Shown piece by piece: positions 31,518 through 42,860 of a DNA stretch of 64,000 nucleotides (position 1 is the first letter of the stretch; every line of letters starts with the position of its first letter). A program made the position numbers and the translations under genes. The stretch covers positions 11,475 through 75,474 of the forward strand of contig CAJFUH010000003.1 in the NCBI GenBank assembly GCA_904420155.1, in the 5' to 3' direction. The notes beneath the pieces are model-generated. The model saw only the letters and a program-made list of their open reading frames with translations. It was not told the origin of the DNA and made no database searches. The stretch is from an uncultured Clostridia bacterium. Its GTDB lineage: Bacteria; Bacillota; Clostridia; Oscillospirales; Acutalibacteraceae.

Positions 31518-31560
31518 AAGAAAGAGATGACGGCCCTCAACGGGCTGTCATCTCTTTCTT
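31518..31560. terminator. bidirectional terminator between convergent genes
   Basis: AAGAAAGAGATGAC-GCCC...GGGC-TGTCATCTCTTTCTT long hairpin. Confidence 0.75.
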
Positions 31561-31587
31561 GCATTTCATCACGATACATCTGAATTT

Positions 31588-32154
31588 TTAAAGGAGCCCA
31601 TAATACATCAAAATTCCATTATAAATACCGCGGGCAAATCCTTCAGGATCATGGGTTAGTAAATAGACGTCATTGAGATTGGTAAGAAATCCCATCTCCA
31701 CTAGTACGGCGGGCATCTTAGTCGCCCGTAACACATATAGGCTTGGGCGGGCGAATACCCCTCTGTTTTCCATTCCCATCCGATAGTTTAAACCATCTAG
31801 AATCAGTTCCCCCATCCGATAAGCTGGACTGGAAAGGCTATATACATAAGCCTCGCTGCCGCTGGCCTCCGTATTGCTGCTAGCATTGCAGTGTAAACTG
31901 ATAAAGTAATCCGCTCCCCAATCATTTGCCATAGTAGCCCGGGCTTGCAGACTGGTGGCATTGCTGGTGCCCAACTGCTCCGTAGGGCTATTGCGGGAAA
32001 GCCTTACCTCAAAATTAGGATTTGCTCTTAATAGGTTTCCCAGGCGCACTCCCACATCATATGTGACATCCTGTTCCCTTACTCCATTAGCCTCTGCACC
32101 AGAATTTGGGTTCTGTGGGTTATGCCCCTGATCTATAAAGATTTTGATTGCCAT
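31588..32154 (-). CDS. N-acetylmuramoyl-L-alanine amidase (Amidase_3 family)
   Basis: MAIKIFIDQGHNP start after AAAGGAGGG. Contains ISLHCNA and LVEMGFLTN motifs. No obvious signal peptide. Confidence 0.85.
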   Translation of the reverse strand: MAIKIFIDQGHNPQNPNSGAEANGVREQDVTYDVGVRLGNLLRANPNFEVRLSRNSPTEQLGTSNATSLQARATMANDWGADYFISLHCNASSNTEASGSEAYVYSLSSPAYRMGELILDGLNYRMGMENRGVFARPSLYVLRATKMPAVLVEMGFLTNLNDVYLLTHDPEGFARGIYNGILMYYGLL

Positions 32155-32385
32155 ACCATTCCCTCCTTTTCTGAAATATTCCATTATATGAAAAGGAAGA
32201 GAAGATGGGGACAAAATTTAGCTTTCGAGATCCGGCATCTAATAATAAAAACTTGTCTTTACGAAATGATCTTTTAAGAGGAATAGAAATATCAGCGGAT
32301 CTCTGCCTCTCCTTTCCTCGAAAAGGAGAGACCTAACATAAGATTTCACTGAAAAGTTAAATAGCTTTACAAAGGTTAACGAAAA

Positions 32386-33885
32386 TTATTTCTGACATAA
32401 CGGTACCTGTCCAAACTGTTGATAAAATGCCGAAATTGCTTTTTTACGTTCCAACATTTCTGCAAATCGAGAATTATATTCATACGGATATTTAAAATTG
32501 AACACTCTCTGCAAATATTCCCCGCCGGGCTCTTTTAACTTCGTCACAGAACCCGCTCCACATGCCAATATAGTGTGGGTTTCGTCCATCACATATACAT
32601 TATATAGCCCTTCATATCCCGCTTTCGCCCATCCGACATTTTCTAAATTACCTACCATACGGCTCTGGCGGTATAAATAATAAGGGAAATATTCCTTTTG
32701 AGGCAAAACTTTTCCGGCAAATTCCAACATATCGGCGGTTTCCTGACACTCGTCTCTGTAAAGTTTTCTCCCTTGACAGGTTAGCTGGGAGGATTTTTTC
32801 ATAGAAAGGGTATGAATTGTGATGCTTTCCGGATGTAACGCACAGACTTGCTCTAACGTTTGGCAAAAACTATCGTAATGATCCTCTGGTAATCCTGCAA
32901 TTAAGTCCATATTGATATGAGAAAATCCCATCTCTCGGGCCAAAGAAAAAGCGGTCCGGGTTTGTTCCGTGGTATGCTTCCTGCCGATCACTTGGAGTAC
33001 ATGATCGTTGAATGTCTGAGGATTGATACTGATACGGTCTACCCTAAAGTCTTTTAAGGCGGCTAGCCTTTCCCGCGTAATGGTGTCCGGTCTGCCCGCC
33101 TCTACAGTAAATTCCCGGCAATGGGAGAGATCAAAACTCCTATGGATTGTTTGTAATACCTGATGCAGTTGATCCGGGCTCAGGGTAGTAGGCGTTCCTC
33201 CCCCGATATATACGGTTTCCAACCTCAGCCCAATGTCTCTGGCAATCCGGGCGGTCTCATCCAATTCTTGGCATAACAGAGTAACATACTCCGGTATCAG
33301 GCGTTTGGCTTTCTCTACGGACTGGGATACAAAAGAACAGTACGCGCAGCGGGTCGGGCAAAAAGGGATGGAAACATATAAGCTATAAGAATCTGGACGG
33401 GATAGCGAAAGCAGTTTTTGTTCCGCCTTCATAGTAGTTATGGCCAGTTGTGTTTTTTGGGAGGATACTAGCAGGCGGTCTTGAAAATAATTCCTCGCTC
33501 CCTCTTCCCCTCCTTCCGATTCCATCAATCGGCGCATCAATTTGATAGGGCGCACCCCCGTCAAAATCCCCCAGCTAGGATGAATCCCTGTTATTTCTAC
33601 CAAAATATCATAAAGCAATACTGCTAACGCCCGTTCGCATTCCTCTTCCAGATCGGGCTGAAAGGAGGAGATACGGCAAGACTTTTCTTTGATCTGTCCC
33701 TCCTCCTTCACGCGGACTGTCAACAGTTCCTGCTCTTCTTCTTGCATGCGGCCCGTATAGACGATGGTTGTCCCTTCTTCTGTTTGTTTGTGAACGGTAC
33801 AAATTTTTTCGTTGGGATAAAAAACGCGGCACAGGTTTTCCAATTCATAGTGGAAATCGTGGTTATCAATGATAAGTGATATCAT
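32386..33885 (-). CDS. radical SAM coproporphyrinogen-dehydrogenase-like protein (HemN/HemZ family)
   Basis: 499 aa with IPFCPTRCAYCSF CxxxCxxC motif. Confidence 0.8.
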   Translation of the reverse strand: MISLIIDNHDFHYELENLCRVFYPNEKICTVHKQTEEGTTIVYTGRMQEEEQELLTVRVKEEGQIKEKSCRISSFQPDLEEECERALAVLLYDILVEITGIHPSWGILTGVRPIKLMRRLMESEGGEEGARNYFQDRLLVSSQKTQLAITTMKAEQKLLSLSRPDSYSLYVSIPFCPTRCAYCSFVSQSVEKAKRLIPEYVTLLCQELDETARIARDIGLRLETVYIGGGTPTTLSPDQLHQVLQTIHRSFDLSHCREFTVEAGRPDTITRERLAALKDFRVDRISINPQTFNDHVLQVIGRKHTTEQTRTAFSLAREMGFSHINMDLIAGLPEDHYDSFCQTLEQVCALHPESITIHTLSMKKSSQLTCQGRKLYRDECQETADMLEFAGKVLPQKEYFPYYLYRQSRMVGNLENVGWAKAGYEGLYNVYVMDETHTILACGAGSVTKLKEPGGEYLQRVFNFKYPYEYNSRFAEMLERKKAISAFYQQFGQVPLCQK

Positions 33886-34514
33886 AACATCATTCCTAAA
33901 TATGGATTTCTTTTTCGTTCCTCGTCTAAGGTGGAAGGACTGCCATGTCCGGGATAGATAATATAGTCCCCCGGCAACAAAGCCAATTGTTGTAACGACT
34001 TCATCAGTTGGGGCATACTCCCTGTGGGAAAATCTGTACGTCCTACGCTTTCTTTCATCAAGGTATCCCCGGTAAACAGTGCGTTCCCGGCTATATAGCA
34101 GCAGCTTCCCTGGGTATGCCCCGGTGTGTGAATCACTGTAAAGACGGTCTCGCCCAGAGAAAAAGTTTCTCCATCCTTGAGCAGCCGATCCACGGAAAAA
34201 TTTGGCACTTCTCCGCCGATAGCCATCCGTGAAAGATTCAAGGAGCTTTCCCCTGGAAAGTCCCGATCTGCTTCATGCAGGAATATTTTGGCTCCTGTTT
34301 TTTTCTGTAAAGCAGCCACTCCGCCAATATGATCAAAGTGTCCATGGGTCAGCAATATCTGTTCCACATTGCTTTCTCCTGCTTTTTGAATGGCCGCTTC
34401 CAATTGGGGAGTAAGCCCGCCGGGATCTAAAACCGCGGCCTTTCCTGTGGACTCATCCACAATTAAATAGCAATTTACATCCAATGGTCCTGTCAGAAAA
34501 CGTTGTATATTCAA
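33882..34514 (-). CDS. MBL-fold metallo-hydrolase (glyoxalase II-like)
   Basis: 210 aa with [10 protein letters not shown]. Confidence 0.85.
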   Translation of the reverse strand: MNIQRFLTGPLDVNCYLIVDESTGKAAVLDPGGLTPQLEAAIQKAGESNVEQILLTHGHFDHIGGVAALQKKTGAKIFLHEADRDFPGESSLNLSRMAIGGEVPNFSVDRLLKDGETFSLGETVFTVIHTPGHTQGSCCYIAGNALFTGDTLMKESVGRTDFPTGSMPQLMKSLQQLALLPGDYIIYPGHGSPSTLDEERKRNPYLGMML

Positions 34515-34969
34515 TGAATTCCCTCCTGATCTGCCTCTAGTACAATAGTAACCGGTCCATCATTTACAAGCGAAACTTGCATATCCGCCCCGAATTGGCC
34601 GGTTTGCACATAGGATATCCCTTGCTCTTTCAGCAAGCGACAAAAATTTTGGTAATGTGCATCAGCCTGTTGGGGATCCGCCGCATTGGTAAAGGACGGC
34701 CGTGTCCCCTTGCGGCAATCGGCACATAAAGTAAAATTGGAAACCACCAAAGCTCCCCCTCCAATATCCAGAAGAGAACGGTTTAATTTTCCATTTTCAT
34801 CCTCAAAAATACGCATCACTGCAATTTTAGCGGCCAGCTTTTGGGCTTGCTCTATGGTATCCCCCTGTTCCACTCCTAATAGGATAAGCAGTCCCTCTCC
34901 TATCGTACCAACCTCTTTTTCCCCCACTGTCACGCTAGCACAGCGTACTCTTTGTAATACTGCTCTCAT
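34511..34969 (-). CDS. dtd: D-aminoacyl-tRNA deacylase
   Basis: 152 aa with [13 protein letters not shown] and [15 protein letters not shown] motifs. Confidence 0.95.
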   Translation of the reverse strand: MRAVLQRVRCASVTVGEKEVGTIGEGLLILLGVEQGDTIEQAQKLAAKIAVMRIFEDENGKLNRSLLDIGGGALVVSNFTLCADCRKGTRPSFTNAADPQQADAHYQNFCRLLKEQGISYVQTGQFGADMQVSLVNDGPVTIVLEADQEGIH

Positions 34970-34996
34970 AAAGTTCCTTTCTTTTCATAAACAATT

Positions 34997-37207
34997 TTAC
35001 GATCTGCCAATGGATAAGATACCGTTGATTTGGGAAAGCTTCGACATAACCGTTTTTAAGTGGTCTAATCCATTGACCGTGATGGTGGCATAGATAATCG
35101 CGTGATTATCTTTCGTCTCTCTTGAATTTAATGTATGGATAAACAAATGCATATTGGAAAGCTGAATGGTTATATCCGCCAACAATCCGGCGCGGTTGGT
35201 AGCCACGATTTCCAAGGTGGATTTGAATTCCTCTTTCACTTCCCCCGCCCAGTGAGCCTTGACCCAGCGAGCCGGTTCTGCGCAGGATGCTATATCCTTG
35301 GGAACATTGGTGCACTCCCTTTTATGGATAGAAACCCCGTATCCACGGGTGATAAAACCTATGATTTCATCGCCTGGCAACGGGTTGCAGCATTTGGAAA
35401 ACTTGATCAGGCAGTTGTCAATTCCCTCGATGATCACCCCGCTGGAAGCTTTACTGTGCGTGGTACTACTTTGGGATTTCTGTTCCAAAATGATTGGTTC
35501 CAGCGGTTTTTTCAGCTTATTAAATTCCTCTTTGATCCGGGGGATAATTCGCCAAAGCTGAACCCCGCCATATCCAATGGCGGCAAAAAGATCTTCCACC
35601 GTACTACAATGCTGCCGCTTGGCAATCGATTCTAAAAACTCCTTCATCTCTGGTTCCGGTAAAATAATATTATTTCGGCGGAATTCCCTCTCTAGTTCCC
35701 CGCGGCCTTCTACAATATTTTCTTCCCGCTTTTCTTTTTTGAACCACTGTCGGATCTTGTTGCGGGCTTCGCTGGTTTTGACAATTTTTAACCAGTCACG
35801 GCTGGGGCCGTGCCCCACTTCCTTGGTGGTGAGAACCTCAATGATCTCGCCTGTTTTTACTTTATAATCAATGGGAACAATCCGTTTATCCACTTTAGCC
35901 CCAACCATCCGGTTTCCTACCGCGCTATGGATGGCATAAGCGAAATCAATAACTGTAGCGCCCGAAGGCAAACTAATCACATCCCCTTTCGGGGTAAAGA
36001 CAAATACTTCTTCCGGCGCCAAATCCGATTTTATAGTGCGCACCAAATCCGTGGCATCCTCGTTATCCTGTTGGTTCTCCAGCATTTGGCGAATCCAAAC
36101 CAAGCGCTGCTCAAACGCGTCGCTTTTTGTCAAGCCCAATTTATACTTCCAATGGGCGGCGATACCGTATTCCGCCGTATAATGCATCTCCCAGGTACGT
36201 ATCTGCACTTCAAAGGGAATGCCTTCTTTGGCAATGACGGTAGTATGCAAGGACTGGTAAAGATTAGGTTTTGGTGTGGATATATAATCCTTAAATCGGT
36301 TGGGCAACGGCTGAAACATATCATGGATGACGCCCAATACGTTGTAGCAGTCGTTTACTGTATCTACAATCACGCGCACCGCAAAAATGTCATAAATTTC
36401 ATCCATGGACTTGCCCTGAATAAACATTTTTCGGTAAATACCATTGATACTTTTTACCCGGCCCTCTAAATACACATTGGGAATGCTGGGGGACACCCTC
36501 TTGATAATTCTTTCTTTTATCGAACGGATAAATTCTTCCCGGTCCGCCGCTTTGAGCGCCAATGCGCTTTCAATCTCATGATAAGCAACGGGATCTAGGC
36601 AACGGAGCGACCGGTCTTCCAACTCTTCCTTAACGGCCCGAATACCCAGCCGATGGGCAATCGGCGCATATACCTCCATGGTCTCCAGAGCCTTATCCCG
36701 GCGTTTCTGTTCCGGCATAAACTCTATCGTGCGCATATTATGCAATCGATCGGCCAGTTTGATAATGATGACGCGGATATCATCCGCCATCGCAATCAAC
36801 ATTTTTCGGAGATTTTCAGCCTGCTGTTCTTCTCTGGAGGAGTAGGGAATTTTCCCTAATTTAGTCACCCCGTCGGTCAGGTTCGCCACATCTTGGCCAA
36901 ATAGTTTCTTAATGGTATCCAATTCAGTGGGTGTATCCTCCACGACATCATGGAGCAAGGCAGCTACAATACTCTCTGTATCCATCCCCAACTCCACCAA
37001 AATATAAGCGACGGATATCGGATGTACAATATAAGGGGCTCCAGACCGCCGTTTCTGGTCTTTATGGGCGCTCAAGGCAAAATGATAAGCCTTGTCGATC
37101 AGCTCCATATCAAAGTCCCGCTCCGTAGATTTCAGGATTTCTACCAGCTCTTCATAAGAGCGATCCGTCTTATATTCACTTAAAGTCTTATTAAGCATAC
37201 TGTTCAC
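34997..37207 (-). CDS. relA: bifunctional (p)ppGpp synthetase/hydrolase (RelA/SpoT homologue)
   Basis: 736 aa. HD domain (HDVVEDT), synthetase domain, TGS and ACT regions. Confidence 0.95.
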   Translation of the reverse strand: MNSMLNKTLSEYKTDRSYEELVEILKSTERDFDMELIDKAYHFALSAHKDQKRRSGAPYIVHPISVAYILVELGMDTESIVAALLHDVVEDTPTELDTIKKLFGQDVANLTDGVTKLGKIPYSSREEQQAENLRKMLIAMADDIRVIIIKLADRLHNMRTIEFMPEQKRRDKALETMEVYAPIAHRLGIRAVKEELEDRSLRCLDPVAYHEIESALALKAADREEFIRSIKERIIKRVSPSIPNVYLEGRVKSINGIYRKMFIQGKSMDEIYDIFAVRVIVDTVNDCYNVLGVIHDMFQPLPNRFKDYISTPKPNLYQSLHTTVIAKEGIPFEVQIRTWEMHYTAEYGIAAHWKYKLGLTKSDAFEQRLVWIRQMLENQQDNEDATDLVRTIKSDLAPEEVFVFTPKGDVISLPSGATVIDFAYAIHSAVGNRMVGAKVDKRIVPIDYKVKTGEIIEVLTTKEVGHGPSRDWLKIVKTSEARNKIRQWFKKEKREENIVEGRGELEREFRRNNIILPEPEMKEFLESIAKRQHCSTVEDLFAAIGYGGVQLWRIIPRIKEEFNKLKKPLEPIILEQKSQSSTTHSKASSGVIIEGIDNCLIKFSKCCNPLPGDEIIGFITRGYGVSIHKRECTNVPKDIASCAEPARWVKAHWAGEVKEEFKSTLEIVATNRAGLLADITIQLSNMHLFIHTLNSRETKDNHAIIYATITVNGLDHLKTVMSKLSQINGILSIGRS

Positions 37208-39263
37208 CGCACCTTTTTTTACGTAATCCGGATAGTATACGGGAGGAATTCAAATCTACTTTTCCCGATACCTCAAGCATAGCGGCCTTACATTGGTCCC
37301 CATCCAATTGCACTTCCATTAATTTTAACTCATCCATAATACAAAGGATGATACATAGCTTTCCACAACCTATTTTTTCCTTTTGCAGCCGGCTACAAAG
37401 GACATCCAATCCGTATCTCCATCCCCGATTTGCTCGTAAAAACCGGTAGACAACGGCAAATTCCTGACGATTGGGAATAAGCTGCGCCAGTATCTCGTCC
37501 GGTAAGTCTTCCCCACAAAGAGCCGCTTCATACCAGCATTTTTCCTGAAGATACGCTTTTTCATCAAAATCAGAAAGTTTGCTGTCCCGAATATAAATAG
37601 AGAGACTTTCCTCGCCTCGAAATTCCGATTTCTCTAAGGTAACTGCTAAATCAAGCACATCCCCAAGCTGATAGGGAAATTCTTCTACGTTCATGCGAAA
37701 ACGCATCGCGGTGATTCTCCGGTTTTCTCTTTCCAGGGTAAGCCGCAAATGTTTACCGCCCCCTACCGGCGTGATGCCAACCAGCTTCATCCGATACAAT
37801 CCAAATAAAGGAGTAGGATTTCCCGCTCCAAAGGGTTCCATTGCGGAAATCTGGGAAACCATATCGACAGAAAGCGCCGCAGGGTTCAGCTTACAGTCGA
37901 TATGTAAAACCGGGGAAGGCATTTTATCCAGCAAAGAAGCCGCATAATGATTGATCTCTTCCTGAAAAGCAAAAATTTCTTTCGTCGGCAGGGTAAGCCC
38001 CGCCGCCATTGGATGGCCTCCAAAACGGGTTAACCGCTCTCGGCAAGCATAAATAGCGTCACATAACGAAAACCCTTCCACACTTCGTCCAGAGCCTTTG
38101 GCCTCTTCCCCTTGAATGGTCAGGATAATACAAGGCTTTCCATACTTTTCAACCACCCGGGAAGCTACGATTCCAATGACCCCTTCATGCCATCCTTCCC
38201 CTTCCACTACAATCACACGCTGCGCTTTCCGAAGGGAATCTTTTTCTAACACTTCATAGACCTGTTGCAGGATTTCTGCCTCCTTTACCTGCCGTTCCTG
38301 GTTTTGTTCCCCCATCTTTCCCGCTAACAGGTCTGCTTCCTCTGGGTCATCCGATAATAACAATCGCACTGCTTGTTCCGAAGATCCCAAACGCCCCAAG
38401 GCATTGATGCGGGGGACTATACTATATGCCACATTGCCGGCAGATAAAGGTTTCCCTCCTAATCCTGCCTCTTCCAATAAGGCCCGCAGACCAATACGGT
38501 CGGTACAGGATAACCGGGAAAGCCCTTGCCTTACCAGCATTCGATTATCCCCTTCTAATGGTACGATATCCCCAATAGTCCCTACCGCCACCAGTTCGGC
38601 ATAGTTATCCAGTAAGCTTTCCTGATCTCCTTCTTCTCCTTCCAATGCAGAAATTAATTGGAAAGCTACGCCCACGCCTGCATAATCTTTAAATACACTG
38701 GAGCAATCCTCCCGATGGGGATCTACCACTGCTATGGCGGGCGGCAGCTTTGCCTGCGGCATATGGTGATCTGTAATCACCACCTGTATGCCCAACTGAT
38801 TGGCATATTCTACTTCAGCAACCGAAGCAATCCCATTATCCACAGTAATCAGTAAAGAGACCCCTTGTCTTTTTAACTGATCAATTGCTTCTATATTCAA
38901 GCCATATCCTTCTGTTTCTCTTTTAGGAATATAATACATCACATTGGCGGCACAAGATTCCAAATAGGAATACAAGATCGTGGTGGACGTCACACCGTCC
39001 GCATCGTAATCCCCATAGATACAAATTTTTTCATAGCTGTCAATAGCCAGCCGGATTCTAGAAACCGCTTTTTCCATATCTATTAGAGAAAAAGGATCGG
39101 CTACTTTTTGTGTACTTTGCAAGTAATCCGCAATCTCTTTTTGTCCTATCACACCGCGGATTTCCAACATCATCGCCAAGAAAAAGGGAATCCCCCACTG
39201 TTCCGCAATTTGAGTTGCTCGTTCTTTATTTAAAGGGGATACCACCCATTCCTTTACGCTCAT
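37191..39263 (-). CDS. recJ: single-stranded-DNA-specific exonuclease RecJ
   Basis: DHH motifs (IYGDYDADGVTS, ITDHH) and DHHA1 (GGHPMAAG). I prefer the MSVKEW start at 39263 over the track start at 39404. Overlaps relA by 17 nt. Confidence 0.9.
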   Translation of the reverse strand: MSVKEWVVSPLNKERATQIAEQWGIPFFLAMMLEIRGVIGQKEIADYLQSTQKVADPFSLIDMEKAVSRIRLAIDSYEKICIYGDYDADGVTSTTILYSYLESCAANVMYYIPKRETEGYGLNIEAIDQLKRQGVSLLITVDNGIASVAEVEYANQLGIQVVITDHHMPQAKLPPAIAVVDPHREDCSSVFKDYAGVGVAFQLISALEGEEGDQESLLDNYAELVAVGTIGDIVPLEGDNRMLVRQGLSRLSCTDRIGLRALLEEAGLGGKPLSAGNVAYSIVPRINALGRLGSSEQAVRLLLSDDPEEADLLAGKMGEQNQERQVKEAEILQQVYEVLEKDSLRKAQRVIVVEGEGWHEGVIGIVASRVVEKYGKPCIILTIQGEEAKGSGRSVEGFSLCDAIYACRERLTRFGGHPMAAGLTLPTKEIFAFQEEINHYAASLLDKMPSPVLHIDCKLNPAALSVDMVSQISAMEPFGAGNPTPLFGLYRMKLVGITPVGGGKHLRLTLERENRRITAMRFRMNVEEFPYQLGDVLDLAVTLEKSEFRGEESLSIYIRDSKLSDFDEKAYLQEKCWYEAALCGEDLPDEILAQLIPNRQEFAVVYRFLRANRGWRYGLDVLCSRLQKEKIGCGKLCIILCIMDELKLMEVQLDGDQCKAAMLEVSGKVDLNSSRILSGLRKKRCGEQYA

Positions 39264-39435
39264 TTGTTCTTCCCACCTATCCCATGATATTTTATTGTAC
39301 CATTTTCCATAAGAGGATTCAACTAAAAAGAGAGAGGACAAGCCCTCCTTTAAGGGCCCATCCTCTCTAGGAACCTGCCATGTTGGAACATAACGGGCCG
39401 GCAATCTGATCCGCAGATCGCTCCCAACAAGCTTT

Positions 39436-40752
39436 TTATCCGCTTGTGCTTTCCATATTGACAGAAACCTTATAATCTTCTCCGTTAGGCTTATAGATCC
39501 AGCAATTGCTATTCCCCTTCACCCCTATCGTGATGGCTAATTCTTTATGTCCATCAAAGGGTTCCTTGTCTTTTAGGCTGATATCCGCTGTGAAGTTTTC
39601 TTCCGTCAAAGTATCTAAATCCTGCGTAGGCCCTACTACTTGAACAGTGACCGATTTAGAAACCGGGGTCACCGAATAACCGTCTGGCACGCTGGTGACA
39701 GTAAATACACTGTCCGGAATTTGAAATTCCTTCATAGAATACCCGGATAAATTTAGAGTCACCGTGGCGTTGTCCGCATTGCTCAGGTTCTTGCATCCGC
39801 TGGGTAATTTGATTTTGCAATTTACGGTCGCTTGATCTGGGGAGATACTGGTAAAGTCAATGGGATCCAATTCCACTTGCTGCAAAACGTCCACATATCT
39901 CTCCGGAAGCCCTACTTCCAACGTGGCGGGGTTAACGGTGACGAGAGTACTATCATTAAATCCGGCAGGCTTATTAGAGAAAGTGGCTTTAACCGGGATC
40001 TCCGCTTTCTTTAAGATATTGATATCAACCTGCACGGTCTCCTCGCTGAGAGTTACATATTCCATATCCGATTTTGGAATCTCATCCCCGTTGTCGTCGT
40101 AAAACACCAAATCGGCCGTAATCGTTTGAGATTCGCTGATGATATCATCGGTACGGTACTCCGCCACAATACGCGCTATCTTCTCTACATCGCTTTCAGG
40201 TCCCGATACAGTAACTTTGGCGGGCGTAAAATTTTCTTGTACTCCGATATAGCCTTCCGGTTTATTATAATTGATATTATCCTCTACCGTAAATTCCTCT
40301 TCCTTCAATCGATCCACCTTGACGGTGATCATCTGCGGATCCAGGGAATCCTGTACAATCTCATAGTTGGTTCGCATACTCTGAGATCTCGCTGTCAACT
40401 GCAAGGGATATGTCCCCGGCTGGTCAATGCTACTGCTTTGCCTGGCCGTCACTTGAATATCATCCTTGGTGATTTCCGACACCGTGAGCCAGTTTCCCCG
40501 AACCGTCACAGAAGCTTTCTCTCCGCTTTTGTCAAAGATTTTGAGGCCATCCTGCTGGGCGCTGTCGGATAACGTGATCTGAATAGGGATATCAGAAATG
40601 GTCTTCCCCGTATCGCTTTCCGTATCGGAGGCTGCAATCACAAACCACAGCACTACAGCGGCCACCACAGAAAATAACATGACAAACCGGTCGTTATAAA
40701 AAAGGCCGCTCAGGTTCTTCCTTTGTTTCTTTTTCCCGTTATTTTTTCTCAT
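39436..40752 (-). CDS. cdaR: YbbR-domain protein (CdaR, diadenylate cyclase regulator)
   Basis: 438 aa. N-terminal TM helix plus repeated YbbR-like beta domains. Overlaps cdaA by 14 nt. Confidence 0.8.
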   Translation of the reverse strand: MRKNNGKKKQRKNLSGLFYNDRFVMLFSVVAAVVLWFVIAASDTESDTGKTISDIPIQITLSDSAQQDGLKIFDKSGEKASVTVRGNWLTVSEITKDDIQVTARQSSSIDQPGTYPLQLTARSQSMRTNYEIVQDSLDPQMITVKVDRLKEEEFTVEDNINYNKPEGYIGVQENFTPAKVTVSGPESDVEKIARIVAEYRTDDIISESQTITADLVFYDDNGDEIPKSDMEYVTLSEETVQVDINILKKAEIPVKATFSNKPAGFNDSTLVTVNPATLEVGLPERYVDVLQQVELDPIDFTSISPDQATVNCKIKLPSGCKNLSNADNATVTLNLSGYSMKEFQIPDSVFTVTSVPDGYSVTPVSKSVTVQVVGPTQDLDTLTEENFTADISLKDKEPFDGHKELAITIGVKGNSNCWIYKPNGEDYKVSVNMESTSG

Positions 40753-41629
40753 TCTTTTTCCCCTTCCTCAAGGAGGGAATGATTTGTCTGCGTTCTCCCG
40801 GCTCCATTTCTTCCGGAAGCAGGTCTCTTTCCAACTCCGCTGTCAGAGAATCATGGGTATAATTTCGGGTCAAAATACCGTTTTTAGCAACGGAAATCGT
40901 TCCTGTCTCTTCCGATACCACCACTACGACCGCATCGGAATTTTCACTCATGCCAATCGCTGCACGGTGGCGGGTTCCCAAATCAATGCTGACCGCATCG
41001 CTTTTGGTCAGCGGCAAAATACATCCCGCCGCATAGATCATCCCGTCACGGATCACCATAGCGCCGTCATGCAGGGGCGCCTTATTCCAAAAGATGTTCC
41101 CAATAATAGGAACCGACGGAATGGCGTTGACTATTGTTCCGGTATTGATGATATCTCCCAATTTCGTCTGCCTTTCAATCACCATCAAAGCGCCTGTTTT
41201 GCTTTTTTGAAGGGAAAGCGCTGAATCTACTACCGCTTGGATACACCGTTTGATATCCTTACGGTATATTTCTTCATCCTTCGTAGCTCCGCCAAAAGAC
41301 CAATATTTTCCCAACCGGCTTCGCCCAATCTGCTCCAAGGCCCGGCGCAGCTCCGGCTGGAATACCATCAACATAGCCAATACGCTGAACTGGAAGAAAT
41401 TGCTCAGCAAACTGCTGAGCATTTTTAATTGCAGCTGCCAAGACACCACATAAGCTACCACCAAGATCAGAATACCCTTAACCAGCTGTTCCGCCCGGGT
41501 CTCCCGCACTAGTTTAATCAGGTTATATATAATAAAAGATACCACAACGATATCCAGAACATCCGAAACTCGAAATGTTTTGATCAGGTTGCCGATTACA
41601 TGAAAGGTTTCACTGAAAAAACTTTCCAT
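40739..41629 (-). CDS. cdaA: diadenylate cyclase CdaA
   Basis: 296 aa. Three N-terminal TM helices and a DAC domain with DGAMVI and LGTRHRAA. Confidence 0.95.
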   Translation of the reverse strand: MESFFSETFHVIGNLIKTFRVSDVLDIVVVSFIIYNLIKLVRETRAEQLVKGILILVVAYVVSWQLQLKMLSSLLSNFFQFSVLAMLMVFQPELRRALEQIGRSRLGKYWSFGGATKDEEIYRKDIKRCIQAVVDSALSLQKSKTGALMVIERQTKLGDIINTGTIVNAIPSVPIIGNIFWNKAPLHDGAMVIRDGMIYAAGCILPLTKSDAVSIDLGTRHRAAIGMSENSDAVVVVVSEETGTISVAKNGILTRNYTHDSLTAELERDLLPEEMEPGERRQIIPSLRKGKKNEKK

Positions 41630-41717
41630 CCCTTTTCTTCCTTTCCACAGCCTGTATCCTTTGAAACTGCTGATTTCATTTTATCACATCTACGAGGTTA
41701 TGCAATCCCTTTCCCCG

Positions 41718-42860
41718 CTATTTTCGGATTATTTTTCCAAGGGTCATAATAAAGTAATCAATTTCAGCCCGTCGGGTAAATACCGAGGGGCATACCCGGA
41801 CAGCTCCGGTTTCCAACGTGCCGCATACCTGATGAGCCGCTGGAGCGCAATGCAGGCCGGCCCGCACTGCTATCCCATTCTTGCTGAGCATCTGTCCTAC
41901 TGTTTCGCTATTTTTCCCTTCCACATTGAAGGAAAGCAAAGGCGCAAAGTAGCGGGATTCCGGCCTAGGCATATATAAAGTAACTCCATGCATTCTGGAA
42001 AGACAATCATATAGATAAAGGATAAGCTGGCTCTCATGGCGAAAAATCTCTTCCGTACCTTTTCGACTGACGAACTCTACGCCAGCCCGCAGTCCGGCAA
42101 TCCCTGGCATATTTGGGGTTCCGCTTTCAAAACGGTCCGGTAAAGAAGGGGGCTGGTCATAGGAAGCGGAGTTGGTTCCCGTTCCCCCTTCCATCAAAGT
42201 GTCCAGTTCTTCACCCTTCGCGGTGATGAGAACGCCGGTTCCCATAGGGCCATATAAGCCCTTGTGACCAGCTAGGCAAAGATAATCAATGCCGCTGTCT
42301 TGTAGATTGATGGGAAGCACGCCCGCTGATTGGGCGGCATCCACCATAATGGGAATCCCATACTCATGGCCTAACGCGGCAATCCGTTCTACCGGCAGGC
42401 GGATGCCCCATACATTGGACGCATGTATGCAAACAATTAAGCGGGTTTTGGCATTGATCGCATTGCGGAAGGCGTGTACTGTGGCGTCATTATCCCCCGG
42501 ATAAACTTGGGCCTGGGTATAAGTTACCCCCCTACTAACCAGCGCTTGTAGCGGGCGCATCACCGCGTTGTGTTCCATAGAGGATACCACAACATGGTCC
42601 CCTGGTTTCAGCAGCCCCTTGAGTACAATATTGGTGGACTGCGTGCAATTTAATGTGAAAACCACGCACTCTTCGCCGGAAGCATGAAACAGTTTCGTAA
42701 TAGCGCTGCGGCAACGGAACACCTCGTCCGCCGCCTCCATAGACATTCTATGTCCGCTTCTTCCTGGATTTGCCCCATATTTTTGCAGGGCTAGTTGTAC
42801 AGCCTGGTTAACCTGCATCGGTTTAGGAAAGGTAGTGGCCGCATTATCTAAATAAATCAC
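41718..42860 (-). CDS. class V aminotransferase / cysteine desulfurase family protein
   Basis: 380 aa with IYLDNAATT and AGHKGLYGPMGTG (PLP lysine). Confidence 0.85.
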   Translation of the reverse strand: MIYLDNAATTFPKPMQVNQAVQLALQKYGANPGRSGHRMSMEAADEVFRCRSAITKLFHASGEECVVFTLNCTQSTNIVLKGLLKPGDHVVVSSMEHNAVMRPLQALVSRGVTYTQAQVYPGDNDATVHAFRNAINAKTRLIVCIHASNVWGIRLPVERIAALGHEYGIPIMVDAAQSAGVLPINLQDSGIDYLCLAGHKGLYGPMGTGVLITAKGEELDTLMEGGTGTNSASYDQPPSLPDRFESGTPNMPGIAGLRAGVEFVSRKGTEEIFRHESQLILYLYDCLSRMHGVTLYMPRPESRYFAPLLSFNVEGKNSETVGQMLSKNGIAVRAGLHCAPAAHQVCGTLETGAVRVCPSVFTRRAEIDYFIMTLGKIIRK